A stretch of DNA of 64,000 nt from Basidiobolus meristosporus CBS 931.73 (lineage: Eukaryota > Fungi > Basidiobolomycota), in NCBI GenBank assembly GCA_002104905.1, contig MCFE01000485.1, positions 3,719 to 67,718 of the forward strand, written 5' to 3'. Positions 37,299 to 50,330 of the stretch are shown here, in pieces (within the stretch, counting starts at the first letter, position 1; every line of letters starts with the position of its first letter). A model generated the notes under the pieces. That model saw nothing but the letters and a program-made list of their open reading frames with translations, made no database searches and was not told the DNA's origin. Both the position numbers and the translations under genes were made by a program.

Positions 37299-37808
37299 AT
37301 GACCAAGTACTCCACACGTAAGTCTGTTCGGTACACTCTTGAGCAGCCGGCCACCACCCCTTTAAACACCTACGAAATCGGCGAGAGCATCCGTGCCATG
37401 GATAGCAAGTACAATACGAGCTTCCAGCTGTGGATACGAGACTCCTCCAACGCACAGTGCATTGCGGTAAGACTGCGAAGACTAAGTGAAGAATGCGGTG
37501 TCGATCAGCTCGCCCAGGCGATGCTCTGGATAGCCGACGGATGGAGCGAGCGTTGCTGTCGAGTCCTCTTCCAGCACGTTACCTACCGCTGGAACGAAGA
37601 CCGGAAGAGAATGTTGGTGGGTGAGCTATTGAAGCCGGCCTCCACGAAAGCATACCAGCTACCCCCAATGAGAAACTCGCGCTTTGCCGGGCGGCAGGCC
37701 CCCTACTCATTAGCTGAAAGAAAGCAATCCGTCTCCTACTCAAGTTACGAGCGGATCCCCATCTCAGCCCTGCTGAGTTCCAGCAGAGATGGCGACAGGG
37801 AGGAGTAA
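37299..37808 (+). CDS. Hypothetical protein (169 aa ORF; upstream exon(s) possible)
   Basis: Open frame in a CpG-rich gene island. It has an amphipathic helical, Trp-spaced core (IGESIRAMDSKYNTSFQLWIRDSSNAQCIAVRLRRL..LAQAMLWIADGW..LFQHVTYRW) and a low-complexity tail. No family recognised. Confidence 0.55.
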   Translation: MTKYSTRKSVRYTLEQPATTPLNTYEIGESIRAMDSKYNTSFQLWIRDSSNAQCIAVRLRRLSEECGVDQLAQAMLWIADGWSERCCRVLFQHVTYRWNEDRKRMLVGELLKPASTKAYQLPPMRNSRFAGRQAPYSLAERKQSVSYSSYERIPISALLSSSRDGDREE

Positions 37809-40800
37809 CTAAGGGAAGGAAGCCCGTAAAATGAACCCCACTGTACATTCCCTAGTTACCGATGAATCTGGATTCAACTGATCTGTGAGGCCAACAGCTC
37901 TGTAAATTAGTTCCCACCAAACCAAATCATCCCCTCCTCTCCACGCTAATAGATCCTCGTGTATTTGGCTCTCTAGATTGTACACTAACGACTTGAGTGC
38001 GCAAGTTTTATTTTATCGATGTACCATATGATCATCCCACTATCCTCGCCGTATTATGAAAAGTAAATATCAAAGTTAACGCATTCCTGATCTATTTTGG
38101 TGGTTCACGCTTACGCTGCTGAGAAGCGTTCATGGTCGCAATCAAATTGCGTTTGTGTTATGAGCAGAGAAATGAAATCCAATTTCGTTGGTGCGCAGTG
38201 ATCACAAAGCGCTCTCTAGAAACCGCTCCGTGTGAATGTTGATACTCAGCTGGAATGTATCTACAGATTGTTTGGCTTCTCAATGGCTGGCTAGGTGCGC
38301 TGAGAGTATTCATGCCCGTAGTGTAGGAAGAAGGGGTGAAAATCGCCAGGCCCACAAACATGCCTTTCTCGTATTTGCGCTCATTTCACCGTTGATTAGC
38401 CCCCGAGTCCCTTCTGGATATAGCTAACAGGTATGCTTGCCATATAGGGCGATTTATAAGCACTTCTGGTGAATGCAAGGAACAGTTGCGACATGCAAAT
38501 TGGGATTCAATTGGGATGATCTTGTGAAACCCAATATAAATAAAGCCACTCTTACGTTCTCTATGATTCTGCGTATCGATTGAACCAAGGCCAGCTCAGA
38601 CGTAGATACACTCATTACACTTGCACTGGAAATGAATGTTAGATATTAATTAGTCGCATTGGGTTGGCGAGATTTGGGTACTCATCACACTCGATATAGA
38701 ATAAGGTTGCTTGACAGTCCAATGCATCGCCGAATCTGAATTGTCCTCTTCAAAGCCATCGGCTTCACAGGGTCATTCATGTGCCACCCCATTCGTACCT
38801 ACAGCATGAAATGGATCTTCCCGGCTTTATGATTATTATCGAAGCTCTACGTATGCGATAGACATCGATGGCACCGTGACGGTAGCCCCTCTGAAATACA
38901 TCGCCTACAGAATGTGGGTAATGTTTGAATGCATCAATATTGGGAGTCCAGAGTAGCTGCGTATACGGGCCAACAAGTGAGGCGGTATCTTAATACTGAT
39001 GGCTCTTCTTGAGTTGCCTAATGCGACGCCGTGGGAGGCTGCTCAGGTATGCTATGTGCTGGATATTCGATTGCTTGCCGCCCCGAGATAAGAGTAATCA
39101 GGTTTTCCCCTATGAATGTATTGTTGTCTTAGTCATTAGTACAAGCCGAAGCGAGATTTGCTGGAAATCGGAGCCAGGTTATGAATAGCCTTGAAATCTG
39201 CCCACCACTCGATTACTCGAAATTGGTTCATGCTGATAAATTGCCAACCCTGTCGAATTGGAATGTTTTAGGTTTGCCAAACTAGGCGGCAGTGAGGCCG
39301 AATTCCATTATGGTACATCTAACCCATACAGTCACATGAAGAACGCAAGGGTCCCTCACTTTCTAATTGCCCCCTCCCATTAATGAATCTTGCATTTGGG
39401 AATTGGGGAATACATGAATGGAGTTTGGGAAGCGAAATTTGGTTCTCCTGTTTACCAAATACAAATGACCAAGTCGTAAATCAATCGATCGTCGTAATGT
39501 GATACACAATGTATTCGACGCAAACTTTTAGTGTAGCATTTGTCCACTGGGATCGAGGCCGTTCCGATTCAATAAGTGACTGTTCTTCGAAACTTAACCA
39601 GAGTTCCCTATCGAGAAGCTCGACCGCCCCTGCACTCAGGATTATTGGTGATTCCTCTCCACATCTTCGTAGCAGTGTGGTGATGCTGGATATTTCATCT
39701 CCGGTTAAGGAGTGAGCGAGCCGGAGACTGCCCAATCCACATATTTGCCCTTACCCGAACGTAACCAAAGCCGTCTTCAATTTCTACGACTTCCCCTAAT
39801 ATGAAGCCTAAAGAAGCCAAACCAATAGTCAGGGAGAGTGGCGGTATGTTATCCCAATGAATGATATTGAAGTGCGGAAAGCGTACACGTACTGCGGGAC
39901 CGAAAGGAAGCCACTTCAGCCCTACTCCTAATATGAAAGCTTGTGGCCAGTATATTCGCTGCCGTTTAAGACATCAAATTAAGTCATCTATCTACGAGGC
40001 TGGGCTGCGAAGATAGATTGTTACAAGTTACTTCCGAGTGCTCGAGATTCAACCAGTGCCAATACAACGGGGGCAAGCACAATGAAGGGTGGTGGGTGCA
40101 TTTTGCATCTGACGAGACATTGCTCTTGGCTTGCTACAAGATTCCATCCCTATACGGTTGATCAGTTGTTGTCAGGACTCATCGAAAGCCAGTTTGCTTG
40201 GCTAGAGGGGTTTTGCCCATTGCCGTGTGTGATACGGCTAGAAATAAAGTCATCCTCTAAGGAGAATAGACAAAGTCACAGGCCTATCTAGAATAGCACT
40301 TTGTGCAGTGCTGGAGACTGTAATTAATTTTCATACATCGGGATCCATCCATTTTCCATTCCAAAACAGTACCTATGCTGGAGATCACATCATGGCAGCA
40401 CAGATATCACTGCCTCTTGGTGTTTAACTCCCTCAGAATATTAAGGGAATCTCACTACTGTGTCATGATGCTTTCGTAACCCGAACTGTTAGGGCGACAG
40501 CTGCTGAGGTAAGCATAGATCCGAGACATCCGTACGAAACTCCGGGTAATCCGATTATGAAGGGGATAGCTAAGACGATATGTAGGGGAAATCTGGATTG
40601 GCATCAGAACCGCAACATACTCGCTGGCTGTATGCAGTGTCACCTCAGCCTGAGTAAAGATAAGAAAATCCATACCTTACTCTGGTTCGTTCTCATGAGA
40701 AACCAGCTTTCATATACGAATTAGTGCCTAATCAAGATTTATCCGGTGGGACAATATATCATAATATGCCGTTCCAAACGACCACTGTTGGGGCGATGCT

Positions 40801-40865
40801 TAGGCTGGTGGAGTAAATGAGCATCAATTTATTGTCTTGTTTGGGCCTCTGAACTGGCGATCCTA

Positions 40866-41793
40866 TCATTTCAATGGGTACTTGATGCTGCTGCTGCAAG
40901 AGTGGCTGCCTTTGAAGCTATCCGGTACGTAGGTCTCCTTGCCCTTGACGTGGAAGTAGGCCCAGATTTCGTTAAGAACGCCCGATTTGCACTTGAAATA
41001 CGGAGTGATACCTAGCGCTCCCTTGATGGCATTGGCCATATTGGTCTGAGTGTATGTGGCGCCAGGAACGATCCCTGCCGAGGCCAGGGCAGCGTGTAGA
41101 TTGTATTGTGACCGGAGTTTCAACACAGTCTGGAAATAGTCCAACATATCCTCGTATTTGGCATAAGCGGTGCCGTAGCAGGAGGGATTCATAGTGGAGA
41201 CGCAGGTTCCGTGCTTTCCCCATTCATGCTCCCTACAAACAACCTCGACTCAGGACACGAACGAACCAGCAAATTAGAAGCGAATCTAGATGAGCATACC
41301 AAAAAACGCCGTTGTCGCCATTGTACGATGGCCAGTATGTGTTCATCTGACTGAACAGGCTGCTGTTCGCATTTTGTACTATCTGTCCAACGCCGGTATA
41401 CGCACGTGAAGTATCACATCCGTCAGAAGGCCCTTGCCCACCCGAGCTGTGTGAAGTAACGTTAGCACCCGAATAAATAGCAGGTATTTCTGGAAGTTAA
41501 GTGCTACCATGTATTTGGCCACAACCCGTGAATGGTGAACGCATCCTTTGGTCCATAGCCTGGAATCCACTGAAAGACGAAAAAATTTCCACAGCGGTTA
41601 GTACTATGGTTGAAGGCGGATGGGCAGCAATGCGAACCTGTTGGGTGAGAACAATCTTTCCGTAGGTAGGGACACAGCAAGAGTTGGCATTGGAAACGGT
41701 GCAGGAGATGCTGTCGATCGGGCAGGAATCTTGCGCTAGTACGGCAGCCAAGGAAACAACAGCGCCAAAAGCCAGAGTGTTCAAGAACTTCAT
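40866..41793 (-). CDS. Secreted ribonuclease T2-family enzyme (RNase Rh-like), 243 aa; exons complement(41638-41793, 41508-41569, 41300-41446, 40866-41232)
   Basis: Signal peptide MKFLNTLAFGAVVSLAAVLA, CAS I FTIHGLWP, CAS II FWEHEWGKHGTC, conserved Cys residues. Three GT-AG introns (68, 61, 67 nt) and 732 nt in frame. Confidence 0.95.
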
Positions 41794-42989
41794 CGGAGAG
41801 ATCCACAGGAAGGAATACTATGATATGGTGCCAGGTACAACCGCACTCGGTTTTTATATTTGCTGGTATAGCTGCCGGGTCTATCATCGATGGGCACCAG
41901 AAGCAGATACGAACGCTGAAACCTGAGCAACGTGGATGCTTGTAGGAAAGTCAAATATTCACACCTAGCGGTGCGTGAATCCCACCGAATCTTGTTATTC
42001 AGCAAAAACGGAGCTGGTACACGGAACAAATTCTTTGAAAAGGCCACAGTAACACTATGTTCCTATCAACCCGATGGTCGATTTAGTCAAATGTGATCCG
42101 GGTTCCGGGACACATCTGCACCAACCTATTGAGGGAGTGCCTCAGCGTGGATAACAACGGCGTATGCGTTGGATGTTGTCTATGCCGGGGTGTCTCTGCG
42201 TGGACAACAACAGCAAAAGTGTTGGATGCCGCGCATGCTTCACTCCAAAAGGGGAATATTTCGGACTGCTCACCTGCTCCACCATCTGAACAATGGAAGA
42301 TGTACACTGTACGTACCCACAATTAGAGGTGAGGCAGAAGTACCACAACCGCCGGAAAACTGGATTTCTTCCGAGCACAGCGATTATCACCAATGACTAC
42401 ATTGCGCTGAATGAGACCAGAAATGGAATCTGAATCACACCTGGAGAAATAGCAGCTAATTGGACCAAATTAGATATGAATTGTGACATGTCTGGACACC
42501 TAGGAAAACTCCTAGTGGCAAACCAATGCATCCCTAGCCATGGTCACCGAGTATTCCAAGCCTTTTTAGGTTCACTTTACATCCAATCGTGTGATCGTTG
42601 GGTCGCATTCACACAGCTATTTCAATTTCACCATCCAATACTATATATTGTACCACGAAAGGCTATTTTTTATTGAAATTCATATTCAAATACTTTGCTG
42701 TTGATTTGCCTCAGCATCCGCTATGTGGCAACATTCCCAGTCTGCTATAGCCAGTACTTCAATGTATCCCACTAGTAATAGGAATTGCTTTACTTCAAGT
42801 AGGTGCACCTATGGACTCTAGCCTTCAACTCGTTAGGGAGTGGATATTACCTTCAGTGTAGAGATTGATATCAGGCTACACTTCACGTAGCTAGACATTA
42901 GAAAGTTAGGTAGCTGAGAGCCTGATGAATTGTCAGCATAACACTCTACCAAGGATGGTAAATCTGGTATTCCAGAGTCTTGAAAAGCT

Positions 42990-45900
42990 TTAACTGGGAA
43001 GCCAGGTAGAATAAAGTTTTTGGATTTCTTGATGCTGGGCAACAAGTTCTTTTTGGTATGTCAAGGGTTGAGATGCTCTGGAGTCAATGTAACATGTCCA
43101 AGAATCCTTGTTTGTGGTCATATGGAGTGCCAATACAAAGAGTCTATCTTCAATAGTTACAGCATTTTCATTTTCAGGCTTTTTTTGCTGATTATCTCAT
43201 CTGAAAGCACTCGTCTTATGTGTGTACTTTCCTTTTGTGACTGTTGCAAGATAGGTGGTTGCCACCTTTAAAGGGTCTCGGGTTCCTAGTTTAGTGGTTG
43301 CTCTTGCTTATTGTAGCATTCTCTTCTTCCTTCTCATTGGCACCTGATTTTCTTAATTCTTCATCTGCAAGCTTTCATATGTGTAATTTAAAGTCAGATT
43401 GGTAATTCAGCACTCTAGGGTAGATTCATGTTTTGATAAAGATACTCAAAGTAAAAACTGATAAGGAATTTGGTCAGAGTTAGAGAGGTGCTTTAAAGAG
43501 AGAGATAACTAGCAGGAAAAGCCTGAAAATGGAAATGCTGTCACAACTCAAGATAGACTATTCACATCTGTATTGAATATGACCACAAAAAGAATTTTTG
43601 GGCATGGTATGCTGACTCTAGAATATTTCAACACTTACAAATCAACAGGAGCTTTTACCAAATATCATGAAATCCAATCAAAAAGCTCTAAGGGGTAACA
43701 GTAGAACACTTGATGCAGTTGGAGAAGGAGCTATAGAAGTATACCTCAGAAATAATGAAGGAAGCTTCACACTTACTTTCAAGTTTATGCTTCATATGCC
43801 AGAAATAGCTAAGAACCTACTTTCTATAAGCAAGGCCATAGCAGAAGGACTTAGTTATGGTTTTGACAACTCAGGATACAGGATCACTAATCAAAATGGC
43901 GTTTATATTGCTTTGGGCATTAGTGATCAGCATCTATAAAAATAAATTTATACTTCATCATTCCTGATAGCTAATATAAGTAACTTAAATAAGGAGACAC
44001 CAATGCTTTGGCACTGGAAACTTGGGCATATAACATTTGTTTATTTGAGCAAAATGGTCAAAATCAGCTAATATTCAGAATAAAAATTGATACCCAGCTA
44101 GTTTGGAGCTCTGTGAAGTCTTGATATATGGAAACAAGCCAGATAACTACTCATAAGCTCTGGGTTACTCAGAACTGAAAAAAATTAGATCTAATTCACT
44201 TGCAGCTGGGTGGATGTGTCCAAAATTATCCAGAGGTGGAATGGAGTGTTTGATCACATTTATTGATGATTATTCAGAATACAAAAAGGTCTACCTTGTG
44301 GAGAATAAGGAAGATACTGTGAATAAGCTCAGAGAGCTTAAAGCAATGGCTCAGGGTAAGCTACCAAAATAATCAAGAAGATATACTCTTACAAATGCAG
44401 AGAATATACCTCAAGGCTCTTCTTTCAGTTGTGTAAAGCTCATGAGATAAGGTAAGAGACTCCTGCAACAAAATCCCAACAGCAAATTTGAACATCAAAA
44501 CATGGAAACATATTGATTACTAATTTGACCAGATCCATGCTCAATAATCAAAAGTTATTCTGTGCTTTTGGGTGGAATCACAGCCACAGATGTGTATCTC
44601 AAAAATAGGAGTTAAACCAAAGTGGCATGCGGCTCTACACCATTTAAGAAATGGTATAGATAAAGACCAAGTGCAGAGCACTCATGAATAATTGATTGCC
44701 CAGCAAATGCTTAGGAACTGCCTGGAAACTATTGTAACACTTTGTGATTCTACCCAAGTATTCACCTAACTTAGTCACTTAGATCATTGTCTACAAATCT
44801 TAGCAAATACTCACCAAACTCCTTGTTGGGATTTACATGAAGTATTTTCACCAAAACATCAAGTACCCAAAGCATTGAAGCTCTAAAGTTGCCCCAAGAG
44901 CTACAAACTTTGCACACATGCTCTTGGGACCTTCCTTAACCTATTCTACGTGTTTGTTATGCCAAGACCATGTAAAAGTATAAATACTACTTTTACATTC
45001 AATAAATCATTAAGTGAAAACCACATAATCTACTTTTTCTCCCAAGCACTTCCAATATCTTCAAGACTCTTACAACAGATGATGAACCTCATGCTATCAC
45101 TCTCTGATATGTCTAATAATGCTATTACTGGAATTTTGCCTTTGGCTGAAAATGTTATGAATAGACACAAGGCAAGAGGAAAAGCTAGGCATGGCAGGAA
45201 AGGATTTAGGTGTGGACCATCAACGCAAGGCAGGATTCAAGGCAAGGCTGTTCATTCAAGACCTGTTTTATCAGACTGAGGAATACTTAAGAGGGGATAG
45301 GACTACATATACTTTTTGGCTATACTGATGCCAAGAGATATTAGCTAATACTAATGGGGTTGTGGGGTGAGGCACATCAGCAGTGCTGGGGATAATAATA
45401 TAGCAGGCAAGGCACTGAGACAGGATGAGGAATTTGATTGGGTCACCTGATCATGTGACTAAGTCATGTGACCTGGTATTTCTATATATGGTACTGACTA
45501 TGAAAAGTACAATGGGAAGCTTACATGGAATGTTCCATTGTGTAACAATGGTCTGGAATGGTCAGGAACTTTCTGGAAGGTGGTAGAAGGTTCTAGAAGG
45601 AATCTCTTAGAAATTGAGCCAGGAAGCTGAAACTTGGCATGGGTGATCATGGTTGTCATGTGATCATGACAGAAAAGTTGGATATATTTAGCTATCAAGA
45701 GTGGAAGGCAAAAACAAAGATGCTGCTAAAGGAAAACAGTCTTTAGGATATTGTTATGGGAGCAGAATGCCCTCATAAAAGTATATGGGAGGTAGCCTTA
45801 AGGTACAAGATGATCACACAAAGTACCTTCAACTGCATTTGTCTGAGTTTTCACAACAAATTGCATATTCAAAGCTCAGGTGCAAAAATGGCAAACAATG

Positions 45901-48040
45901 CTCAGAAAGCATTAGTGGACACCTACCAGTCATGTTCAGCTGCTAAGTAAGTTTATCTTATACAAGAATTCTTTGCTACAAAGATGCCTGCCAGAAGAAG
46001 AAATGAAAAGTCTATTTAGCAGAATCAGCTTGTTGGTTGGTAAGATGGAATCAGTGAGCATACCAGCTTCTAATGAAGATGTGATAGTTCCCCTCCTAAA
46101 TAGGCAGACAGACAAGCTTCAGGGTCTTGTATCAGTCTTTGAGCTCAGAATCAGATATATGATTGTCAACACTGTACATGAATGGCTCCTAGATCAAGAA
46201 TTTAGATAACAAAGTACCAATGAGAAGGAAGGAGGAAATGGTCCCAAAAGCAATGAGAACTAACAAAGAATGTACTTAAGACTCTCTAAAGACAAATGCA
46301 ACCAGTGGTGCAGCTACTGCAAAAAGAACGCACATGCATCAGACCAGTGCCTCAAAAAGTGAGATAATGAGCAATAAAAGCCTGAATATAGAAATGCTGC
46401 AACAACTGAAGACAGACTCTTCATATCTGCACTGAGTGTGGCTACAGACAAGGGTGCCTAGACCTATTACATTGCCTCTGAAGCATCATGACACTTTGCA
46501 CACCCTAAAGTGCCTTTTACCCAATATCAAGTTATTCTGACTAAGCAGTGATCCCCCAGCTAATTTGAAGCACTATAAAGTCTGAACATTTGGGAAGTAA
46601 CCCAGAAAGCTGTTCAAAAGTTCTGAGCTAATTTAAACTAAGAAAAACTTAGATCTAAATCACTACTGTACCATTCCCCCAAGCACAGCATAGTTGCGGA
46701 ATGAGCAAATAGACCAATAATTGATATAAACAGATCCACAATCCATCATCAAAATTTATCCTTTAATTATTATTGGCCGAATCAGTTGCAACATCAGTAT
46801 ACCTTAAGAATAGGAGTTATAGCAGAATACTTTGTGATTCTACAGCATTGGAGAAATGATATGAATAACTACAACTAAGATGATTGCAGACATATCAACC
46901 AAACCACTGGCTAGAGACAAATATGAATATCTTGGGTCACAATTACAACTAGTCACTATGAGCATTTTGTAGAGTGGGTATATTGTCAAATTTATAATTG
47001 CACCTAAATATTCATTGAACATGATCACTTATATCACAGCTTACACAGCTTAGGGAATACTGAACAAACTTGCTATTGAAATTTACTTGTTATACTTTTA
47101 CCAAAACATTAGGTACCCCAAACATTAACTACCTAACATTGTCCAAACAGTCCCAAACTTTGCACAAGTGCTCCTGGGGCATGCATTAGGATGTTCTGTG
47201 TGATTTTTATGCCTAGACTATGTAGAAGCATATATACTACTTTTATATTGAACAAATCATTAAGCCAAAGCCACATAGACTACTTGTTTTCCCATTTACT
47301 TTCAATATGTCTAAGACCCTTACAACAAATTACAAGCCTCATACTGTCACTCTCTACAATGCTGGCCATTGTTGTTACTGGAATTTTTCCCTCTGCTGAA
47401 CAGTTAGATGCATCTAACTACCAAGTGTGGGAGGTTTAGATGAAGATGCGGCCACAGTGAGGAGGCCTTTGGGATACAAGTTACTATAACAATTTGCAAG
47501 AGCCAAAACCATAAAAAATGCATGGAACAATTTAGAAGACACCAACCAAATATGTTCAGCTGCTAAGAAAATGTATCTTGGACAAGGATTCTATACTACA
47601 AGAATGTTACCAGGAGAAGAAATAAAATATCTAATAAATAAAACTACCCTGTTTGTTGACATGATCAAATCAGTGCGCATAATAACAATTGATGAAAATG
47701 TGATAGCTGTTGCAATATTCCAAGGAGAATACAATGTGAGGTGGACAACTAGAAGATTAGCATGTTATCCACTTTTAATCTTTTGATTAAAAGTACCGTA
47801 TTTATATGTTTAGTAAGGTGGAAAGCATTTAGAGTTTGCTAAAGAAGGTCCTAAGAATAAGTGTGCAAAGCCTGGAGCTGTTTAGTCAACTTTGTGAAAG
47901 GTCAAAATCTGGGTACCTGATAATTTGGTGAAAATATTGAAAGTAAGCTCCAACAGAAAATCTGGTCAGGACAGAATGCTAGTTACAAAATAAGATCTAC
48001 ATGACCAAGCTGAATGAATACTTTGGTGAGAACTCAATAT
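42990..48040. mobile_element. Cluster of strongly decayed Copia fragments and LTRs (LTRs at ~44735-45077, ~46983-47325, ~47760-48040)
   Basis: Homologous to the 13935-18609 copy: protease-integrase ORF 43667-43939, gag pieces 45080-46560 and 47330-47700, RNase H end ~46860-46970. Boundaries approximate. Confidence 0.85.
45153..45671 (-). mobile_element. Solo LTR, family B (519 bp), inserted in a Copia gag
   Basis: TGTTATGA...TCATGACA terminal inverted repeat and perfect TSD GAAAA (45148-45152 and 45672-45676). The flanks rejoin to Copia gag (CTGAAAAGTTGGAT). Strand inferred from the TATA-like position in the 3079 copy. Confidence 0.9.
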
Positions 48041-48049
48041 ACACATCAC

Positions 48050-50330
48050 TTCCACTCAACAAAATACTCATAACTATTGAATGCAGAATGGGATTTTGCA
48101 ATCTATAATAAGAGTATATAGTAGGACTATTTAGCATTCTGAGCTGCTATTTCATCCAGCAGTATATGGGCTTTTGCTTTACTTAGTTAAGCCAGTAATT
48201 TGTAAGAATTTAATGTGCATATCTACTCAATGGTATACCAAATATTAGAATGATCTGATGATAATGCTAATTGTCAACTTTCATCTGTTGCACAGGCTAA
48301 ATTAGTGAGCTGAGCTTTATTGTCAGATTGTAAACATGATATATAGTCTATGGGATATGTAATGCTTTTTATTTGAACATAATTGACCCATTCTTGGCCA
48401 CATTCAGGTTTGTCATCTACAGCAGATCTTGACTTAACTTATCTCCATGCCACAGGCTGATTCATCAAGATATTTTGTTGGTATGTTGATGTTAGGCTTA
48501 GGGACAGTTACTTCCATTATAAAGACTCCATATGAGGTAAAATAAAGACCTACTTGGGCCAAGTCAAAGTTTTGTTGTTTATGCTAGATCCAGAGTTTCC
48601 TCTTTTCCTGGCACTGTGGCATAGAGCATTTGTCCAAAAGAGGTTTTGCTTAACTTTAAGCTTGAATTGCCAGCTCCTACTTGAGCCACATCTGTTTAGT
48701 GATTTAGATCCACAAAAATGATCCAGAACATTCATCTTTGTCTTCCTCAGGTAGTAATAACTTTCTTTGACTGGATTACCACCATAACAGTACATTTTAA
48801 GCTCATTTGCATGTTAGTTAACCTAGTTTGGTATCAGACAATACCATAAGCTGTTTAGTAGCTATTATTAGAGCTGTCCTACTAATTTAGATAGATAGAG
48901 TGGCCTTTGTACCATAATAGTATACTTGTAGAATGGAAAGTTGTTTTTTTCCAGAAGAATAATTTACCTTCAGGAGGGTGTTGATATTCCTTATTCTCTG
49001 GAAAATTATGCTTAGCCTTGAGCTTGGATTGCAAGACTTACTGATTGTGTCAGTGTCATATGAGTCAGTAAAAACCATCTGGTTGATTTTACCCCTTTTT
49101 CTTTCTGCTCTTTAGACAGCAGATGTCAAGACTTCCACATAAGCCAATCTTCTACAATATATAAAACAATATCTGACTGATCATGTTGAAGTATCAAGGT
49201 TCCTCTAAGGTTCTGCTGATGATCCAAGCATAATATCATTGTAGAAGTGTTATGGGCCTCTGTGCTGGTGGGATCACAGTATGTTAGAGCAGAAAAATCT
49301 CCTTTACATTATTGGTACAGAATATATGACTATTTGCAAGTGATATCCACAGGATTGGCTTCAACTTGGATCAATGATAGCTTTTTACAGAATTGCCCAT
49401 CATTAATCAAATCAACTGTATTTGAAGGCTAGCTTTGTCAGTGGCTAGGTATCAGACTACAGTATATCAGTATTGTGAGTTGCAGTGACTGATGGTGACA
49501 TAATCAATTATAATTCTTCAGTTTGGATTCACACATGTGAATTACCACAAAGTGTTTTCTACAAATGTCATATGTGACATATATATAACAAGTATCTAGT
49601 ACTAGTCTATCTTTTGAGTGGCTCTAGATGTGAACTGGCTATCTATTGCTTGGTTATATACTCCAATCAGGTTTACAATCATTTGCTTCACTTTTTGGGC
49701 TGGCAGTAAAATTGCCATAAGTAAGTTTTGATATACTTGTATAATACTTTGTTCCACAATTTCAATACTAAAGCTGAGTGATAGCACATCCAACAGCTCT
49801 ATTTTTAGCTCCTGGTGCACTTGATGATCTAGTATTTTTAATTCAGGATAGTATACTGTCCAAAAGCTTGTTCAACAGACAATTAGGGTCATATGAGTAC
49901 TTATACCAGTGCTTTTTACTGTAGATCTGGACCTTCAATAGCTGGAATAGCCCAATATCCTCAGTTGTGGTAAAGCAACAACATACTGTATTTCATTACC
50001 TAATTACATACCATTGCAATAGACTCTTTGTTGTACTAACTTAAATAGTTACCACAAGCTCCTTTCAAAGGAATGGCCTTCTTCTCTATAGCAATATATT
50101 CATAAATATTGTTGATTAGCAGCAGTAGTTATCTTCAACTTCAGCAGAATAGTAGTGCAGAAAGTGTTTCTCCAGACTAGCAGAAACAGATCCAATGATA
50201 GGTAGACACAAGTAGGATGGCAAGCTAGGGACTCATAGCCTGTTGCATGACTCTGATGCATATGAGAAGTGATTTAGAGAACAAGAGGGTTTGCATGTTA
50301 TTCACTTGTAGATTTATTAATCAAAAGTGG
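48050..50330 (-). mobile_element. Probable non-LTR retrotransposon (LINE, L1/Tx1-like) reverse-transcriptase relic
   Basis: Ordered degenerate RT motifs on the minus strand: PDGF(T)DSY at ~49060-49082 (cf. PGPDGFTAEFY), LWHGDKLS at ~48430-48451 (cf. RQGDPLS), LACATDE at ~48278-48300 (cf. LAYADD). Many stops and frameshifts. The upstream extent is uncertain. Confidence 0.5.

Noticed and set aside
20787-41793. Functional cluster linking MTHFR, the PPR protein and RNase T2 (methyl supply or RNA-based TE defence)
   Set aside because: These are unrelated housekeeping-type genes separated by repeats, and nothing in the sequence indicates co-regulation. RNase T2 has a secretion signal.
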